In this document: positions 1-13,129 of the stretch, in pieces
Numbering within the stretch: position 1 is the first letter of the stretch
Layout: each line of letters starts with the position of its first letter
Assembly: GCF_030028105.1 (NCBI RefSeq)
Contig: NC_092379.1
Location: 19,321,309 to 19,385,308 of the forward strand
Source: Mobula birostris
Taxonomy: Eukaryota
Length of the DNA stretch: 64,000 bases
Direction: 5' to 3'
Position numbers and translations under genes: made by a program
The notes under the pieces: model-generated
Told to the model about the DNA's origin: nothing
Database searches by the model: none
What the model saw: the letters and a program-made list of their open reading frames with translations, nothing else

Positions 1-137
1 CTTGAATTATGAATTGAAATAATAAACATAAGTGACTTCAAAAAATGGTGCGTGATAGGGAAATTTCATGATGATTTTCATGATCGGTAGCCCAAAATTC
101 AAAAGATACAGCTAAAGGTATTCAGGAAGCAAGATCT

Positions 138-2790
138 TTGTTGTCCAGTGTATTCAGAGACTTATCTTCAAATCGGAATGAATATGCCACAGTTGTCACC
201 AACTTTGTCAAACCCTGTGTGGATAAGTGTGTGCCTTCAAGAACATACCGGACATACCCAAAGCAAAAGCTGTGGATGGACCAGGAGATTTGTAGTCTGC
301 TGAGGGCTCGATTTATGGCAGTCCAGGCTGGTGATCTAGCATTAGACAAGAAGCCCAGGTACGACCTGCGGAAGGCTATTTTAAGAGTGAATAAACTCAT
401 CTTGGTCAAGATGATGCCAGAATGCAATCCTCGCTCGGTCAACCTCTTCCAGATTGCTCATGAAGATATCCTTTTTTGGTCTTTTATGTCTGTTTTTCTC
501 CTTAAATATGTTTCTGGGACTGTTAGAGTTAGAGACTGCGATTTTGATTGGAGATTGTTTCAGTGATCCAGTACCTTGCTGACTCTGAGAAGATTCTGAG
601 CATGTACTCAGATCACCTCGATGCAATGAAACTTCAAGACAGGGTGCGAGCCGACGATTGACTCCATTTCGCCATTTAAAGCATTCATTAAGCGAGTGAA
701 CGTTTTGGCGCCGATGCCTGTCTTTTGATCACTGCTGGAGATGGATTCTGTGAGCGGCCTTTTGCTTTGTGTCTTGCTGTGACAGGCGGGTCGGCCTCTC
801 TGCCTCGTGTGGTGTCCCTCTCCTGTCTTTCAATGAATGTCGGTGATATCGGAGATGGTATTGTGGTTCTGTATTTGTGGATTCGACTGTTGTGTTTATG
901 GACTGTGGACATTTTCAGACTTATATTCTGTGTTTTTTATCGCCCGTTCCTTTTCTGTTTTGTAGTGTGACGGGAGGGTGTTTGGGGGTCGGTGTTCTGT
1001 TAGCTTTTTGTGTGGGGGAGGGGTTGTTTTGTGGGGTCGGTGTTACTGTTCTGTTTTGTGAAGGGGGGTATCGGGGGGGGATTGATGATTGGGATGCCAT
1101 TTTTGTCAGTGGGGGGATGGGGTGAGTTTCATGTTTCTCTCTGAACGACTTTCATGTTCTTTCTTGTTTTCGTGGCTATCTGGAGAACACAAATTTTAAG
1201 TTGTATGTGGATACAGGCTTTGATAATAATGAACCTTTGTACAATTCCAATTGAACTTAGTGAAGGAATCAGATACCCTTCAGCTCTGGCAGACTTTTCA
1301 GGCCATTACTTCCTACAAGGTGAAACCTAACAACATGAATGGCAGTGATGCTTCATTCCCAGATGAGCTGAACACCATTTAAGCACACTTTGAAAGGGAG
1401 AATGAAACTACATGTGGGTGAATCCCTGCAGTGTCTGGTGACCCTGTCATCTCTGTCTCGGATGCCAACGTCAGAGCAGCTTTCAAGAGGGTGAATCCTC
1501 ACACTGAATCAGGCCCTGATGCTGTGCCTGGTACGGAATTGAAAACCTGTGCAACCAACTGGTGGGAGTGTTCAGGAACATCTTCAATATCTCACTGCTG
1601 CAGTCAGAGGTTCCCATCTGTTTCAAAAGAGTGAGAATCATACCAGCGCCCAAGAAGAGCAGGGTGAGCTGTCTCAATGACTATCGCTCAGTTGCACCCA
1701 CATCTACTGTGAGGAAATGCTTTGAGAGGTTGGTCACGGCCAGAATCAACTCCTGCTTAAGCAAGGACCTGGACCCCTGCAATTTACCTGTTGCCACAAT
1801 AGGTCTACAGCAGATGGAATCTGACTGGCTCTCCACTCGGCCTTGGATCACCTGGACAATAACAATACCTGCTGAACATCAGGATGTTGTTTACTGATTA
1901 CAGCTCAGTGTTCAACACAATCATAACCTCAGTTCAAATCAACAAACTCCAAAACCTGGGCCTCCAGACCTCTCTCCACAACTGGATCCTTGACATCCTC
2001 ACTGGGAGACCACAGTCAGTGTGGATCTGAATGAGCATCTCCTCCTCACTGACAATCAACACTGGAGCACCTCAAGGATGTGTGCTTAGCCCACTGCTCT
2101 ACTCTCTCTGCACCCACAACTGTGCGACTAGGTAGAACTCAAGTGGCGTTTATAAACTTGCTGATGAACTATTGTGGGCAGAATTTCAGGGTGATGAGGA
2201 GGCATACAAGAGCAGGATAGAGCAGCTGGGTAAATGGTATCACAATAGTATCCTTGCATTCAATGTCAGTGAGATGAAGCAATTGATTGCAGACTTCAGG
2301 AAGGGTAGGTTGTGGGAACACACGTCAGTCTTCATTGTGGGATCAGCAGTGGAAAGGGTGAGCAGTTTCAAGTTCCTGGGTGTCAATATTTCCGAACATC
2401 TATCCTGGGTCCAACTTATTGATGCAATAACAAAGAAGGCATGGCAGTGGCTATATTTTAATTGGAATTTGAGTAGTCTGGGTATGTTGCTAAAGACTAT
2501 CGCAGATTTCTATAGATGTACCATGGAGAGTATTCTGATTGCATTACCATCAGGAAAAGCTGCAGGAAGTTGTAAACTCAGCCAGCTCCATCATGGACAC
2601 CAACTTCCCCAGTATCAATGACACCTTCAACAGGCGATGGCTTGAGAAGGCAGCATTCGTCATTAAGGTCTCCCACCACCAAGGACCTGCCCCCTTCTCA
2701 TTGCCACTTTCAAGCAGGAGGCACAAGAGCCTGAAGACACACTCAACATTTGAGGAACAGCTTTCTCCCCTCCTAAATGGACAATGAAGC
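138..2790 (+). mobile_element. Degenerate Rex1/Babar-type LINE (RT region), interrupted at about 400-1240 by another repeat
   Basis: ORF fragments 138-566 (TYPKQKLWMDQEI...YDLRKAI), 1431-1897 (GPDAVPG; FKRVRIIPAPKK..CLNDYRSVAPTSTVRKCFERLV) and 2172-2621 (GDEEAYKSRIEQL..AFNVSEMKQLIADFRK) are LINE RT motifs with frameshifts and stops. Confidence 0.85.
400..1238 (+). repeat. Non-coding interspersed repeat nested in the Rex1-like LINE
   Basis: LINE homology stops near 400 and resumes near 1240. The T/G-rich 3' end (tttgataataatgaacctttg) resembles ends at about 10360-10390 and 43280-43320. Confidence 0.55.
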
Positions 2791-3319
2791 CATGAACATT
2801 ACCTCACCATTTTTTCTTCGTTTTGCACTACTTATTTAATTTATTTTTTATATTTACTTCATATAGGAATTTATTGCTTTTTATTATTAAGTATTTCAAT
2901 GTACTGCTGCAGCAAAACACCAAATTTAATGACAAATGACAGTGATATTAAAGCTAATTCTGATTCTGGTCGAAGAGGTTGGTCACCATGGACTCAAAAT
3001 CACCAACCACACCTCACGTCTGTACTTATGAAATACTGTCTCTCTAAACATACCAGCATTGTGGAATACTCACAATGATACCTTTTTGTATTTCCTCTAT
3101 TCATCTTTGATTGGTAACACTGACACTTACACACACTAATCCTCTCATTGGGATGACCTGGGAGGAACATGTGTTCTCAGTCACCATCGGGAAATAACGT
3201 CTAATCTCTGACCCAACAATAAAGCTGCTGTGTTTGACTCAAGTGAGAAATACAAAACACTTTACACTGAATCAGAACTGGTGTCAGGGTTCCAGTCGCT
3301 TGAGCACAAACTGTGTGTG

Positions 3320-3950
3320 AGGAGTACAAGAATACAAGAGCAAGAATGTGATGCTGAGGCTTTATAAGGCACTAGTGAGGCCTCACCTTGAGTATTGTGA
3401 ACAGTTTTGGGCCCCTCATCTTAGCAAAGATGTGCTGGAATTGGAGAGGGTCTAGTGGAGGTTCACAAGGATGATTCCAAGAATGAAAGGGTTATCATAC
3501 TAGGAACGTTTGATGGCTCTGGGTCTGTTCTCACTGCATTTCAGAAGGATGAGGGGGGATCTCATTGAAACCTTTCGAATGTTGAAAGGCCTAGACAGAG
3601 TAGATGTGGAAAGGATGTTTCCCCATGGTGGGAAAGTCTAGGACAAGAGGGCACCCCAGCCTCAGGATAGAGGGGCGCCCTTTCAAAACAGAGATGTGGA
3701 AAAACTTCTTTAGTCGAAGTGTGGTGAATTTGTTGACTTTGTTGCCACATGCAGCTGTGGAGGCCAAATTGTTAGGTGTATTTAAGGCCGAGATTGGAAA
3801 GTTCTTAATTGGACATGGCGTCAAAGGTTACGGGGAGAAGGACAAGAGCTAGGGTTGAAGAGGAGAAAAAAAATGATCAGCCATGATTGAATGATGGAGC
3901 AGACTTAATGAGCCAGATGGCCTAATTCTGCTGCTATGTCTTATGGTCTT
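3320..3950 (+). mobile_element. CR1 LINE 3' fragment
   Basis: gaggcctcaccttgagtattgtg and gttcacaaggatgattcc encode the RT C-terminus; ORF 3604-3852 (SLRIEGRPFKTEMWKNFFS) is followed by a CR1-type 3' tail. Confidence 0.85.
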
Positions 3951-4579
3951 AAGGTCTTTTGGAGTTCCGCAAAATGTTAGGCATGTCGTGGATCACGTAA
4001 CGTGTTCTGTGTCCTGCATAGAGTAAGGGTGATTTTGTTGAGACACACTGAGGTTGAGGTCCTGTTCAAAGGGCACCGACACCAATGATTCCTTTGAAGA
4101 CCTCCCTATGTCTCTTTCTAGGTCTGTCTGTCTCTGCTTTAGCCACTCAGATTGTCCTCTGCCTTCTCTCTTCAAACATTCACACAGTTTTTTTATTTGC
4201 ATAGTTCTGATCTCATCCTTTGTCTCTTCTTGCAATTCTCTCTGTCTCTGTCTCCACTGAACTCACAAGAAGAAAAGAAAACAGGAGAAAGAGTAGACCA
4301 CCAGATTCCATGCTCTGGGCTGAGATTTCTGGGGATTCGTTCCCTCTGAGAGAAGAAATTTCTCTGCACCTCAGTTTCAAATGTCTGGCTCCTTATTTCG
4401 TAACTATGTCCCCTTGCTTGTGACTCTCTGATGGGTGACAATCTCTCAACATCAACCCTCTTGTGCCCCTTTTGTATCTGAAATGTTTGAGTCCAGAAAT
4501 CCTGGATTCTTCTCAACTGCAAGCAATGCAGACACTGACAGTCTGGCCTCGGTCACTGTCTGACAGTCACTTCAGTTAC

Positions 4580-6900
4580 AGAGACAGGCCCTTTGGCCCA
4601 TCTAGTATTTAAACTGCCTAGTCCCATTGAATTTCACCTAGACCATAGTCATTCATACCCCTCCCATTCATGTACCTACACTCCAAATTTAGCCTCAGGA
4701 ATGTCTTATACAACTTCAACATTACATCCAATCTCCTGTACACAATACCTAGATTTGTGAAGGCCAATTGCAACACATCTCACTTAAATTCCATCTGACA
4801 TTTTTCTGCCCATTGAGTCATAAAGAAGTACAGCCCAGAGACAGGCCTTTCAGCCCATCTAGTCATTGCTGAGCCATTTAAACTGCCAAGTCCCATTGAC
4901 TTGCACCCAGACCATCGCCCTCCATACCCCTCCCATCCATGTAACCATCCAAACTTCTCTGAAACATTGAAATCGAGCTTGCAAGCACCACTTGCTCTGG
5001 GAGCTCATTCCACACTCTCATAAATCTCTGAGTGAAGAAGTTTACCTCATGTTCCTCTTCAACATTTCACCTTTCACCCTTAACCCATGATCTCTAGTTG
5101 GCGTTCCTCCCAACCTCAGTGGAAAAAGCCTGCTTGCATTTACCCTATCTATATCCTTGATAATTTTGTATACCTCCATCAAATCTCCCCTCAATCTTCT
5201 ACGTTCCAGGAAATAAAGTCCTAACCTATGTAATCTTTCCTTTTGACACAGTTTCTCCAGTCCTGGTAGAATCCTTTTAAACTTTCTCTGTACTCTTTCA
5301 ATCTTATTTACATCTTTCCTGTAGGTTAGTGACTGCACACTGTACTCCCAAATTAGGCCTCACGAATGTCTGATACAACTTAAAGATAACTTCCCATCTC
5401 CTGTACTCAGAACTTTGATTTATGAAGACCAATGTGCCAAAAGTTTTCTTTATGATGCTATCTACCTGTGCCCCCATTTTCAATGAGTTATGAACCTTTG
5501 TTGTACTGCAATCCTCAGTGTCCTATCGTTCACTGTGTAAGACCTACCCTGGTTGGTCCTACCAAAGTGCAAAACCTCACGCTTGCCTGCATTAAATTCC
5601 ATCTGCCATTTTACCATCTGGTCAAGATCCCACTGCAAGCTGTGATAGTCTTCCTTGCTGTCTACTCCACCTCCCAGTCTTGGAGTTAATTACAAATTTG
5701 CTGATCCAGTTAACTATATTTTCATCTAGATCATTGATTCAGATGACAAACAACAATGGACCCAGCACCAAGCCCTGCGAAACTCCATTAGTCACAGGCC
5801 TCCAGTCAGATAAGCAACTATCTACTACCATCTGTGGCTTCTCCCACAAAGCCAATATCCATTCGAAATTACTACCTTATCTTGACATATCTGTAGAATC
5901 CTAAAGGATTCTCCTTCACTTTGCCTGCTAGGGCAACCTCATCCATTCTTTTATCCCTTCTTATTTCTTTCTTAGGTGTTTTCTTGCATTTCCTATACCC
6001 CATAAGTACTTCATTTGTTCCTACCTGCCTGACCCTGCTGAGACTTCCTTTTCCTTCTTAATCAGGGCCTCAAGATCTCTTGAAGACCAAGGCTCCCTGA
6101 ATCTGTCATTGTTGCCTTTTAATCTGACAGGCACATACAGCAATGTGCTCTCAAAATTTCATATTTGAAGGTTTCCCACTTACCAAGTACGCCTTTGCCA
6201 GAAAACAGCCTGTCCCAGCTCACACTTGCCAGATCCTTTCTGATACCATCAAAATTGGCCTTTCTCCACTTTAGCATCTGAACCTGTGAACCAGATTCAT
6301 CTTTTTCCATATTTATTTTGAAACTAATTGCATTTTGATCAGTAGATGCAAAGTGTTCCCTTACACTATCTTCTGTCAGCTGCTCTGTCTCATTCCTTAA
6401 AAAGGCATGAAGTATTCCACACCGTCTTGTTGGGACCTCTCCGTAATGATTAAGGAAACTTTCCTGTGTACATTTCACGAGATCCATCCCTTTTATAGAA
6501 TGGGAGTTCAAGTCAATATGTGGAAAGTTGAAATAACACACAATCACAACCTTATGTTTTTTGCAGCAGTCTGTGATCTCCCTACAAATTTGTAGCTCTA
6601 AATCCTGCAGACTGCTGGGTCGTCTACAATATGGCCCCATGAACAAGGTCATACCTTTCTTATTCCTCATTTCCACCCATAAAGCCTAACTAGAGAAGTT
6701 CTCCAGTCTCTCCTGACTGATCACTGCTGTGACAATTTCCCTGACTAGTAACGCTATCCCTCCTGCACTGATGTGTCTAAAACAATGGAACCCTGGAATA
6801 CTGAACTGCCATTCCTGCCTCTCCTGCAGCCAAGTCTCACTAATGTCTACAGTATCAAATTCCATATGTTGATCTATGACATGAGCTCATTTGCCTTTCC
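4580..6900 (-). mobile_element. Degenerate CR1 LINE (endonuclease and RT fragments)
   Basis: ORF 6119-6676 (YFNFPHIDLNSH..DQNAISFKI) is APE-like; ORF 5042-5338 (YRKDVNKIERVQRKF..RRLRGDLMEVYKII) is RT C-terminus. Confidence 0.85.
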
Positions 6901-7491
6901 TACAATAATACTTGCTTTGAAATATACGCAACTCAGAACATTACTCACACCATGCTCAACTGTTTAATTCCTGACATCTGTCTCCACAACCTCTCCACTA
7001 TCTGTCCTGACTCTCTGGTTCTCATACCCTGCAACTCAAGTTGCATCCCCCACCCCCGCCATGCAGCACAAGCAAACCTTTCCGTAAGGATATTAGTCCC
7101 ACTTCACTGCAGATGCAAACCATCTGCCCTGACAGACAGACGTTTAACTGCGAAGTTGCAACAGAACAGTTCCCAACAATGACCAGGTGAGGAGCAGCGA
7201 GGTTAGTGGGAACAAGGAACCCTCATACAGTGATCCGACATCTTCAACACTGATATGACATTTGGTCAGTGGTTTCAACTCTGAACTCTTCGTCAGATGG
7301 CCGTAGGTTCTAATTTCTCTGACCATTAGTTGACAGCTGATCACTGGGACTCATGATGCAGGAAGGGTTTAGACACGATAGATACAAAGACACCTATTTC
7401 TCCCCGAATGTGCGCCACCTACCACACCACATGTTGAAGGTTCCTTGTTTCCCGTCTCCAAAAATCACAGCTAGAACATTTTCAAATCATA

Positions 7492-7536
7492 TTTATTGAA
7501 CTTGGATCGGTACATTGACACAAACAAAGATTTATT
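7492..7536 (-). terminator. Candidate poly(A) signals of the secreted IgW transcript
   Basis: Two minus-strand AATAAA (7536-7531 and 7497-7492), about 260-300 nt after the tailpiece stop. Confidence 0.5.
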
Positions 7537-7791
7537 ACATTGTGCAGTCCCACACAGGGTTGAAATCCATTCAATCATGGCAGAAGAAGGTCTTAGGATG
7601 TACGTACAAACTCAGGGATTTGAGGTGAATCATGTTTGTTCCTTAATTTGGTTCTTGATCATAATTTCATTCTTAATTATTTTAAAAGGTCTAGATTTTA
7701 AACATGTTTTAATCAGCTAAATAATCCTCTGTTATAATTAATAATCATAAAACTAACAAAACTGGGGTTTCATGGTTTGAATCACACAGTA

Positions 7792-8177
7792 TTACACACA
7801 AGATTTAAAACTATCAGTCAGAATGAGTGAGACATTGACCAGGGTGGGTTTGCTGTGAGATTTATTGATGCTTCGGAACAGGTTGGTTGGGAGCGACTCA
7901 TGACCCACCACACAGGAGAAAGTGGTGCCACTATTCCACTCCTCAGGAGAAACCTTCAGCTGACTGGTCATTGTGTTCCAGCCATTTCTGGGGTCCTTGG
8001 TCACTGGCTGATTCACAAACCCTGTCTTCAGAAGGGTGTCATTGACCATCCAGGCCACATAGATCTCAGTGGGAGAGAACTTGGTGACCAGGCACATCAA
8101 GGTCACAGTCTGATCGGTGACTACCTCATCCGATGAAGGGGGAAGGAGGTAGACATGAGGACGAGTCACAACACCAC
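7792..8177 (-). CDS. IgW: IgW heavy chain CH6 exon plus secretory tailpiece
   Basis: Acceptor ctctgttccag|GT at 8178. Encodes VVTRPHVYLLPPSSDEV..LMCLV..VAWMV..EWNSGTTFSCVVGHESLP..NKSHSKPTLVNVSLILTDSFKSCV*, a C1-set domain plus tailpiece with NVS sequon and penultimate Cys. Confidence 0.93.
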
Positions 8178-8830
8178 CTGGAACAGAGAGAATCTCAGTT
8201 AGAATGAATCTTACAATAATTCCCTACGTATCCAACACATTCTGGTCTTGCATCAACATGAACAATTTCTAAATCTGAGAGGTTTCACTTTATCTGAAAC
8301 TAAAGGCTTTTCCCTTTCAGCTCGTCGTTGGGATTTGTGGAGTGGAAATCTTGAACCTGCTGCATTTTACAGCTTCCAGCGAGGTTAGTTTATTCAATTT
8401 AATCAACGGGAGTCACTGAACACAGCAACTCGACAGAAAGTGGAACTCAGCCCCTGGACTTGCATTATCCTGTGCTGTTTGTTCCATCTCCCCTGGAGCA
8501 GGGGTGGCAGTCTAAGCTGTGTACCTGTGAGAGGGAGTGAGAACCTGTGGAACTCTTTCCCACAGAAAGCACTTGAAGACATCATCTAATATATTCAAGA
8601 ATGGGTTGAATATACTTCTTCGGGTGAATGGGTCAAAGGATACCTGGAGAAAACAGGGAAAGGGATTGAATTTGGATGATCAGCTGAGACCAGATTGAAT
8701 GGTTGAGCAGATTGAGAGACCCAGTTACCTGCTCCTGTTCTCATTTTCTATAGTCTATCACAGTGCTGGATGTTGATAAATCTGTCCAGTTGCTAAGATC
8801 AGACTCACACTGAATTCTGTCTGCACGTAC

Positions 8831-9151
8831 CTGAGTTCTTCCTGATGGATTTCTTCACTGGTGTTGGCAAACTCTTGTCCTCTATCACACATGAGTACTC
8901 AGCCCCACTGTTCCACTCTGCAGCAGGGACTGTCAGTCTGCTGGTGATCATGTCTTCACCTCCGTTGCTGTCTGGACCCAGAATCCTCACCCCATCTTCC
9001 CTCTTCCTTCCGTCCACCTGCCAGATTACACTGAATCCCTGTAAATCACTGTGAACCACCTCACACAGAATAGTCGCTGTCCTCTTTGTCCAGACCTCTT
9101 CGAAGGAAGGTTTGCTTAAAGTGACAGAGGGGCGGGTGTCTGGACAGTCAT
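8831..9151 (-). CDS. IgW: IgW heavy chain CH5 exon
   Basis: ttctcccag|AT ... CAG|GTACGT, 321 bp, phase 1. DDCPDTRPSVTLSKPSFEEVWTKRTATILCEVV..EWNSGAEYSCVIEDKSLPTPVKKSIRK resembles IgNAR C4/IgW CH5. Confidence 0.92.
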
Positions 9152-9959
9152 CTGGGAGAAATGTCACAATTATTATTTTACCATTCCCCAATGGACGAAT
9201 TTCTCACTGACAAGACCAGCATTTCTGTTCATCTCTGGTCAACGATTTGCCAGTCCCATCAAGACGAGATGAGACCAATCTACATTGGTGAAGAAAGGAA
9301 TCTCCCCTTTTGAGCAGACAGGGTAAACACCATGAGGGAACGTAAATGAACAAGATTGGCCCTTACATTGTTTTTGCAGTTTCATAGTCACTTAAACTGT
9401 TCCCAGATACTTATTAAAACAAATACAGAAAATCCCCAGTATTTCAGAGTGTGTCGGTGGCACAGGAAACAGAGCAAAGTTTCACATGAAAATCTTCCAG
9501 AAAATACACTTCATATTTCAAAATTTATGAGAAATATTTAGTTTCTGTCACAAATATTAAAATACACTCTTTTTCTCTATAAGGTGTAACGAAAATTTGC
9601 TGCTGCTTTGTCAGAACATTGTGTGTTCAAGCTGCCCTCCAGAGGCTTCTACACATTGTCCAGGCTGACTATTCCCACACAGGAGCAGAGGGAGAGCTGC
9701 TCTGCTGGAAATTCAGTCACAACTGAGACACTGATTGGAGGCATGGGATAATGTTCAAAGGCAGATGGAGAGAACATTTTGAAGCCGCGTATCAGCGATT
9801 TCCAGAGTGCCTGTCCAGTGAAATGGTCGGGATTCTCCTCCAGTTATGAAAGTATTTTCTGGGATACTCTTATTTCTGTGGTGGAAGTGTGGATTATGTT
9901 GGTTGAGAGTGGAAAACAAACCCATGATTGGCCGTTTTAAGTGCTAAGAGTGATTAAAA

Positions 9960-10390
9960 AGATGAAGGCATTGAGGCTGAGTCAATGGACAAACCGGTAT
10001 TCGGCTCACTTCTCGACGAGGCTTCACTCGCCTCAGCACTGACCTGACTCTGCAGCTGCGGCCTGCAGCCATCGGCACTCACCTCAGCACTGAGCCTGGC
10101 TCCACGGCCGTGGCCTGCAGCCATCGGTCTCCTGGACCGGCTGCAGTGCTGAACTGGCAACGTGGCTGTGGATTTACTTCAGGGGGCTCTGCGGTTCAGG
10201 TTCTGTAGATTGTTTGTTTGGATTTTTTTTATTGTTTGCACAATTTGTTCTTTCTCTTTCACGCATTGGATGTTTGACCCTGAATTCTATTGTATTTCTT
10301 TGTTTTGTGACTGTCTGCAAGAAGAGAATCTCAAAGTTGTATATGGTGCACATACTTTGATAATAAATGTGCTTTGTACTTTCAACTTTA
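9960..10390 (+). repeat. Non-coding interspersed repeat in the CH4-CH5 intron
   Basis: GC-rich 5' part, then a tail (tgcaagaagagaatctcaaagttgtatatgg...tttgataataaatgtgctttg) shared with about 43240-43320. Confidence 0.55.
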
Positions 10391-10500
10391 TCAGTTCACT
10401 CACAAAACTAAACCAGGACTGCACCGTGATTCAGTGCTGACCTTGAATTCATTGCACAATGTAAACAATTTCAATAATGGGTTGAGTCCCAGGACCCTAC

Positions 10501-10818
10501 CTTGGACGTTCTTCACTTGCTTCTTGATACTGCTGTTGGAGGGAGGATGAGTCACTGTACAGCTGAAGACTGATTCTGTCTTCCACTCCTGTAAACTCAC
10601 GGTCAGGAAGTGTCCGGCACTGAAAGTCCACCCCTGCTCCAGAGCGGTCGGTGTCGCGCTGGTGTTGGAGGTGATCACGGTGCTGCCTTTCTCCCAGGTG
10701 ACATTTATTTGATCCGGGTAGAATCCAGAGACCACACACTCCAGTGTGGCTGTTTTCCAATTCTTTATCTCTTCCTGAGCTGGAGGCAGCAGTCTGACCT
10801 TGGGACTTCTTATCTCAA
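10501..10818 (-). CDS. IgW: IgW heavy chain CH4 exon
   Basis: tttctattccag|TT ... CAAG|GTAGGG, 318 bp, phase 1. VEIRSPKVRLLPPAQEEI..TLECVVSGFYPDQINVTW..TALEQGWTFS..EWKTESVFSCTVTHPPS resembles IgNAR C3/IgW CH4. Confidence 0.93.
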
Positions 10819-10906
10819 CTGGAATAGAAAAGAAAACAAAGGAAATGTCAAACATTTTGACTCAGGTAACTAATGCTGGCCATTTAATCACTGGTCTCTT
10901 GCCCAC

Positions 10907-11209
10907 CTTTGGTGCTATTGGTCCGTGCTGACACTGGGGAAGCTGAAGGAGATTCCTGAGCAGAGCACTCATACTCCACCCCACTGAACCACTCCTCCAC
11001 ACTGATCTGGAGTTCGCTGAGCACTCTGTATCGGGACCCGTCCCTCTCCGCTTGATGGGTGTGAATTCCTTTAGTTTTCTCCTTCCCGCCCACGTGCCAA
11101 GAGACGTGGATGTCTTCGGGATCTGTACAGATAACTGTGCACCTCACGGAAGCAGACTTGTCGATCCACATCTCTTCAATGTCGGGATTTTGAATAAATA
11201 CAGACAATT
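10907..11209 (-). CDS. IgW: IgW heavy chain CH3 exon
   Basis: cccacag|AA ... AAAG|GTGGGC, 303 bp, phase 1. ELSVFIQNPDIEEMWIDKSASVRC..VSWHV..SVEEWFSGVEYECSA resembles IgNAR C2/IgW CH3. Confidence 0.92.
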
Positions 11210-11789
11210 CTGTGGGTTAGAAATGGAAATGCTCAGAATCTTACTGGAGATATTTCCATTGGTTGTGTTAGGTCCAGGGCTAAATCATGTGTCTCATAAT
11301 CCTGTTAGCTTTGATTAAGAAGAGAAAATCAGAACAAAAGATGTGCTAACTAAATTTCGAATCCCTTTCTAATAACTGTACCAATCGGTTCACTGTGAGA
11401 CGGAGCTCTGTGAGACAGAGAAGCATGCAGATTTCTCAGCAGAGACACAGCTCAGTATATTCTTTGCTTGGAGACTCAGTGCCATTGATTAGTAACAATG
11501 AACACTGTGAATCAATGAGAATTCCTTTCTCCATCTGAGCTGAGCCTGGGATTCACTCAGTTTAATAACTTCACATCCCGACATTCCAGTCTCACTGTGG
11601 CTGTGCCTCTCCTCATCTCTGCAACCTTCACCACCCACACAAGCTTCAGACAACATCGTATTCTTTCAACTCTGCTCACTCATACACCTGCACTACTTCT
11701 GCTGGTGCCTGTGGTTTTAGCATTCTTGCTGACAAACACTGAAGTCTCTGTCTCACTTGAAATGAGCAGCTGTGGTCAGAGTGTATCCA

Positions 11790-12010
11790 TAAATTAGGGA
11801 CTGATGAACTGGCAACAGGGGTTCAAATCCCAACCCGGTGGATGGAAGTTTATATTCATTTCATCAATGCTTCTTGGAATAAAAGAAGACTACAGAGGTA
11901 TTTGTAGTGTTATTCTCTGTGGTAACTTCCGGAGAGAAGCCTCGTCTGGTCTGGCTGGTTTGTGATTCCAGCAACACGGCTGGAGCTGAATCACCATCAG
12001 GAAGGAGGCA
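11790..12010 (+). mobile_element. Degenerate HE1-like tRNA-derived SINE
   Basis: B-box-like ggggttcaaatccc at about 11820, followed by ctggtctggctggtttgtgattccagc, which resembles the elasmobranch HE1 core. Confidence 0.4.
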
Positions 12011-13129
12011 GCAAGTCCCTCAGTTCCAGAGAGATCAGTGATCGATGGGAAATGATAAATGAATAAAACAGCTCTTTGATCAAGTGTTGGGTCACCTGTA
12101 CTCTGGTTAGAGTCAGTTTTGTGTGATTGCACTCAAGTGAAGTTGTTGAGGTCGTCTCCCAATGCACGATCGTCAGTTCACTTACATTGCAGCTCTCTGC
12201 ACTTTGTGTTCACCATTTACACACTCGGTCACCTTCAGGCCCGTGGGGTGTTTTTGCTCTTTGACATTTAGTGTGGAGGCGGATTGTGTTTGTGTCATGG
12301 CTGAGACCTTCAATGAGACTATGAGTCACTGTCTTTGTCTGAAGAAAGAGCAGACGCAACACACACGGTTCCAGTCTGACTGGGTCGGATCATCCGACAA
12401 GGTATGATGTGTATTTCTTAACCTTTCTCATTTCAGTAAGATTATGAGCAATTTTCTTTTAAAACAGAAAGTCCGTTGGTGTGGTCCAGATGATCATTGT
12501 TGTCGTGTAATATCATAAATATGCAAACCTAGGTGTACACTGAAGAGTCACTGAATTGTGAATCGCAGTTTAATCAGCACTGTGATGTTGTTAAACATGT
12601 TTTTTGCAGGTTTCTCAGTTATGTCCCATATCAGCACTGTCTTGATGTTCAGCAGTCACTTGGAAATGTTCCCTTTATTGCTGAATGCTGGTGTTATTCC
12701 ACAAGAAGTATAGAATTCTGTCAATGCTTGAGTAATTCTAACAAAACATTCTCCTTTCTGATATTCCTTGGGATCACTGAGTTGCCCTCTTGGACTGAAT
12801 TCAGTGTCCGGCACGTGGACCAATGTAACTTTAGCAATTTGTCTGATCCAGGATTTAAACACAAAGCATAACAGATTGGACAGGAGACTGGTTAGACCCC
12901 TGTGTCTTGTCTCACCGATTTGTCTTGTGCCCAACATTATCAAAGGGTCATCCGTCCTTTGACAGAGTCAATTTAGAATTTCAGCCCCGTTCACCTTCAT
13001 CACCTCATGCCTCACAGCCATTGGGTGAAAAACAGGTTCCAGTTCTTGCTGACTGGAGTTAGACAACAGGGAATCTGGCCAAAGAAACTGGAATTGGGAT
13101 CTGAGTCACACTGAAGCAACAATGTACAC

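Noticed and set aside
7144-7344. Minus-strand ORF ending in a hydrophobic stretch (LFPLTSLLLTWSLLGTVLLQL) as a possible IgW TM exon
   Set aside because: The nearest AG gives phase 2 rather than phase 1, there is no Ig CART motif or KVK tail, and it abuts CR1-derived sequence.
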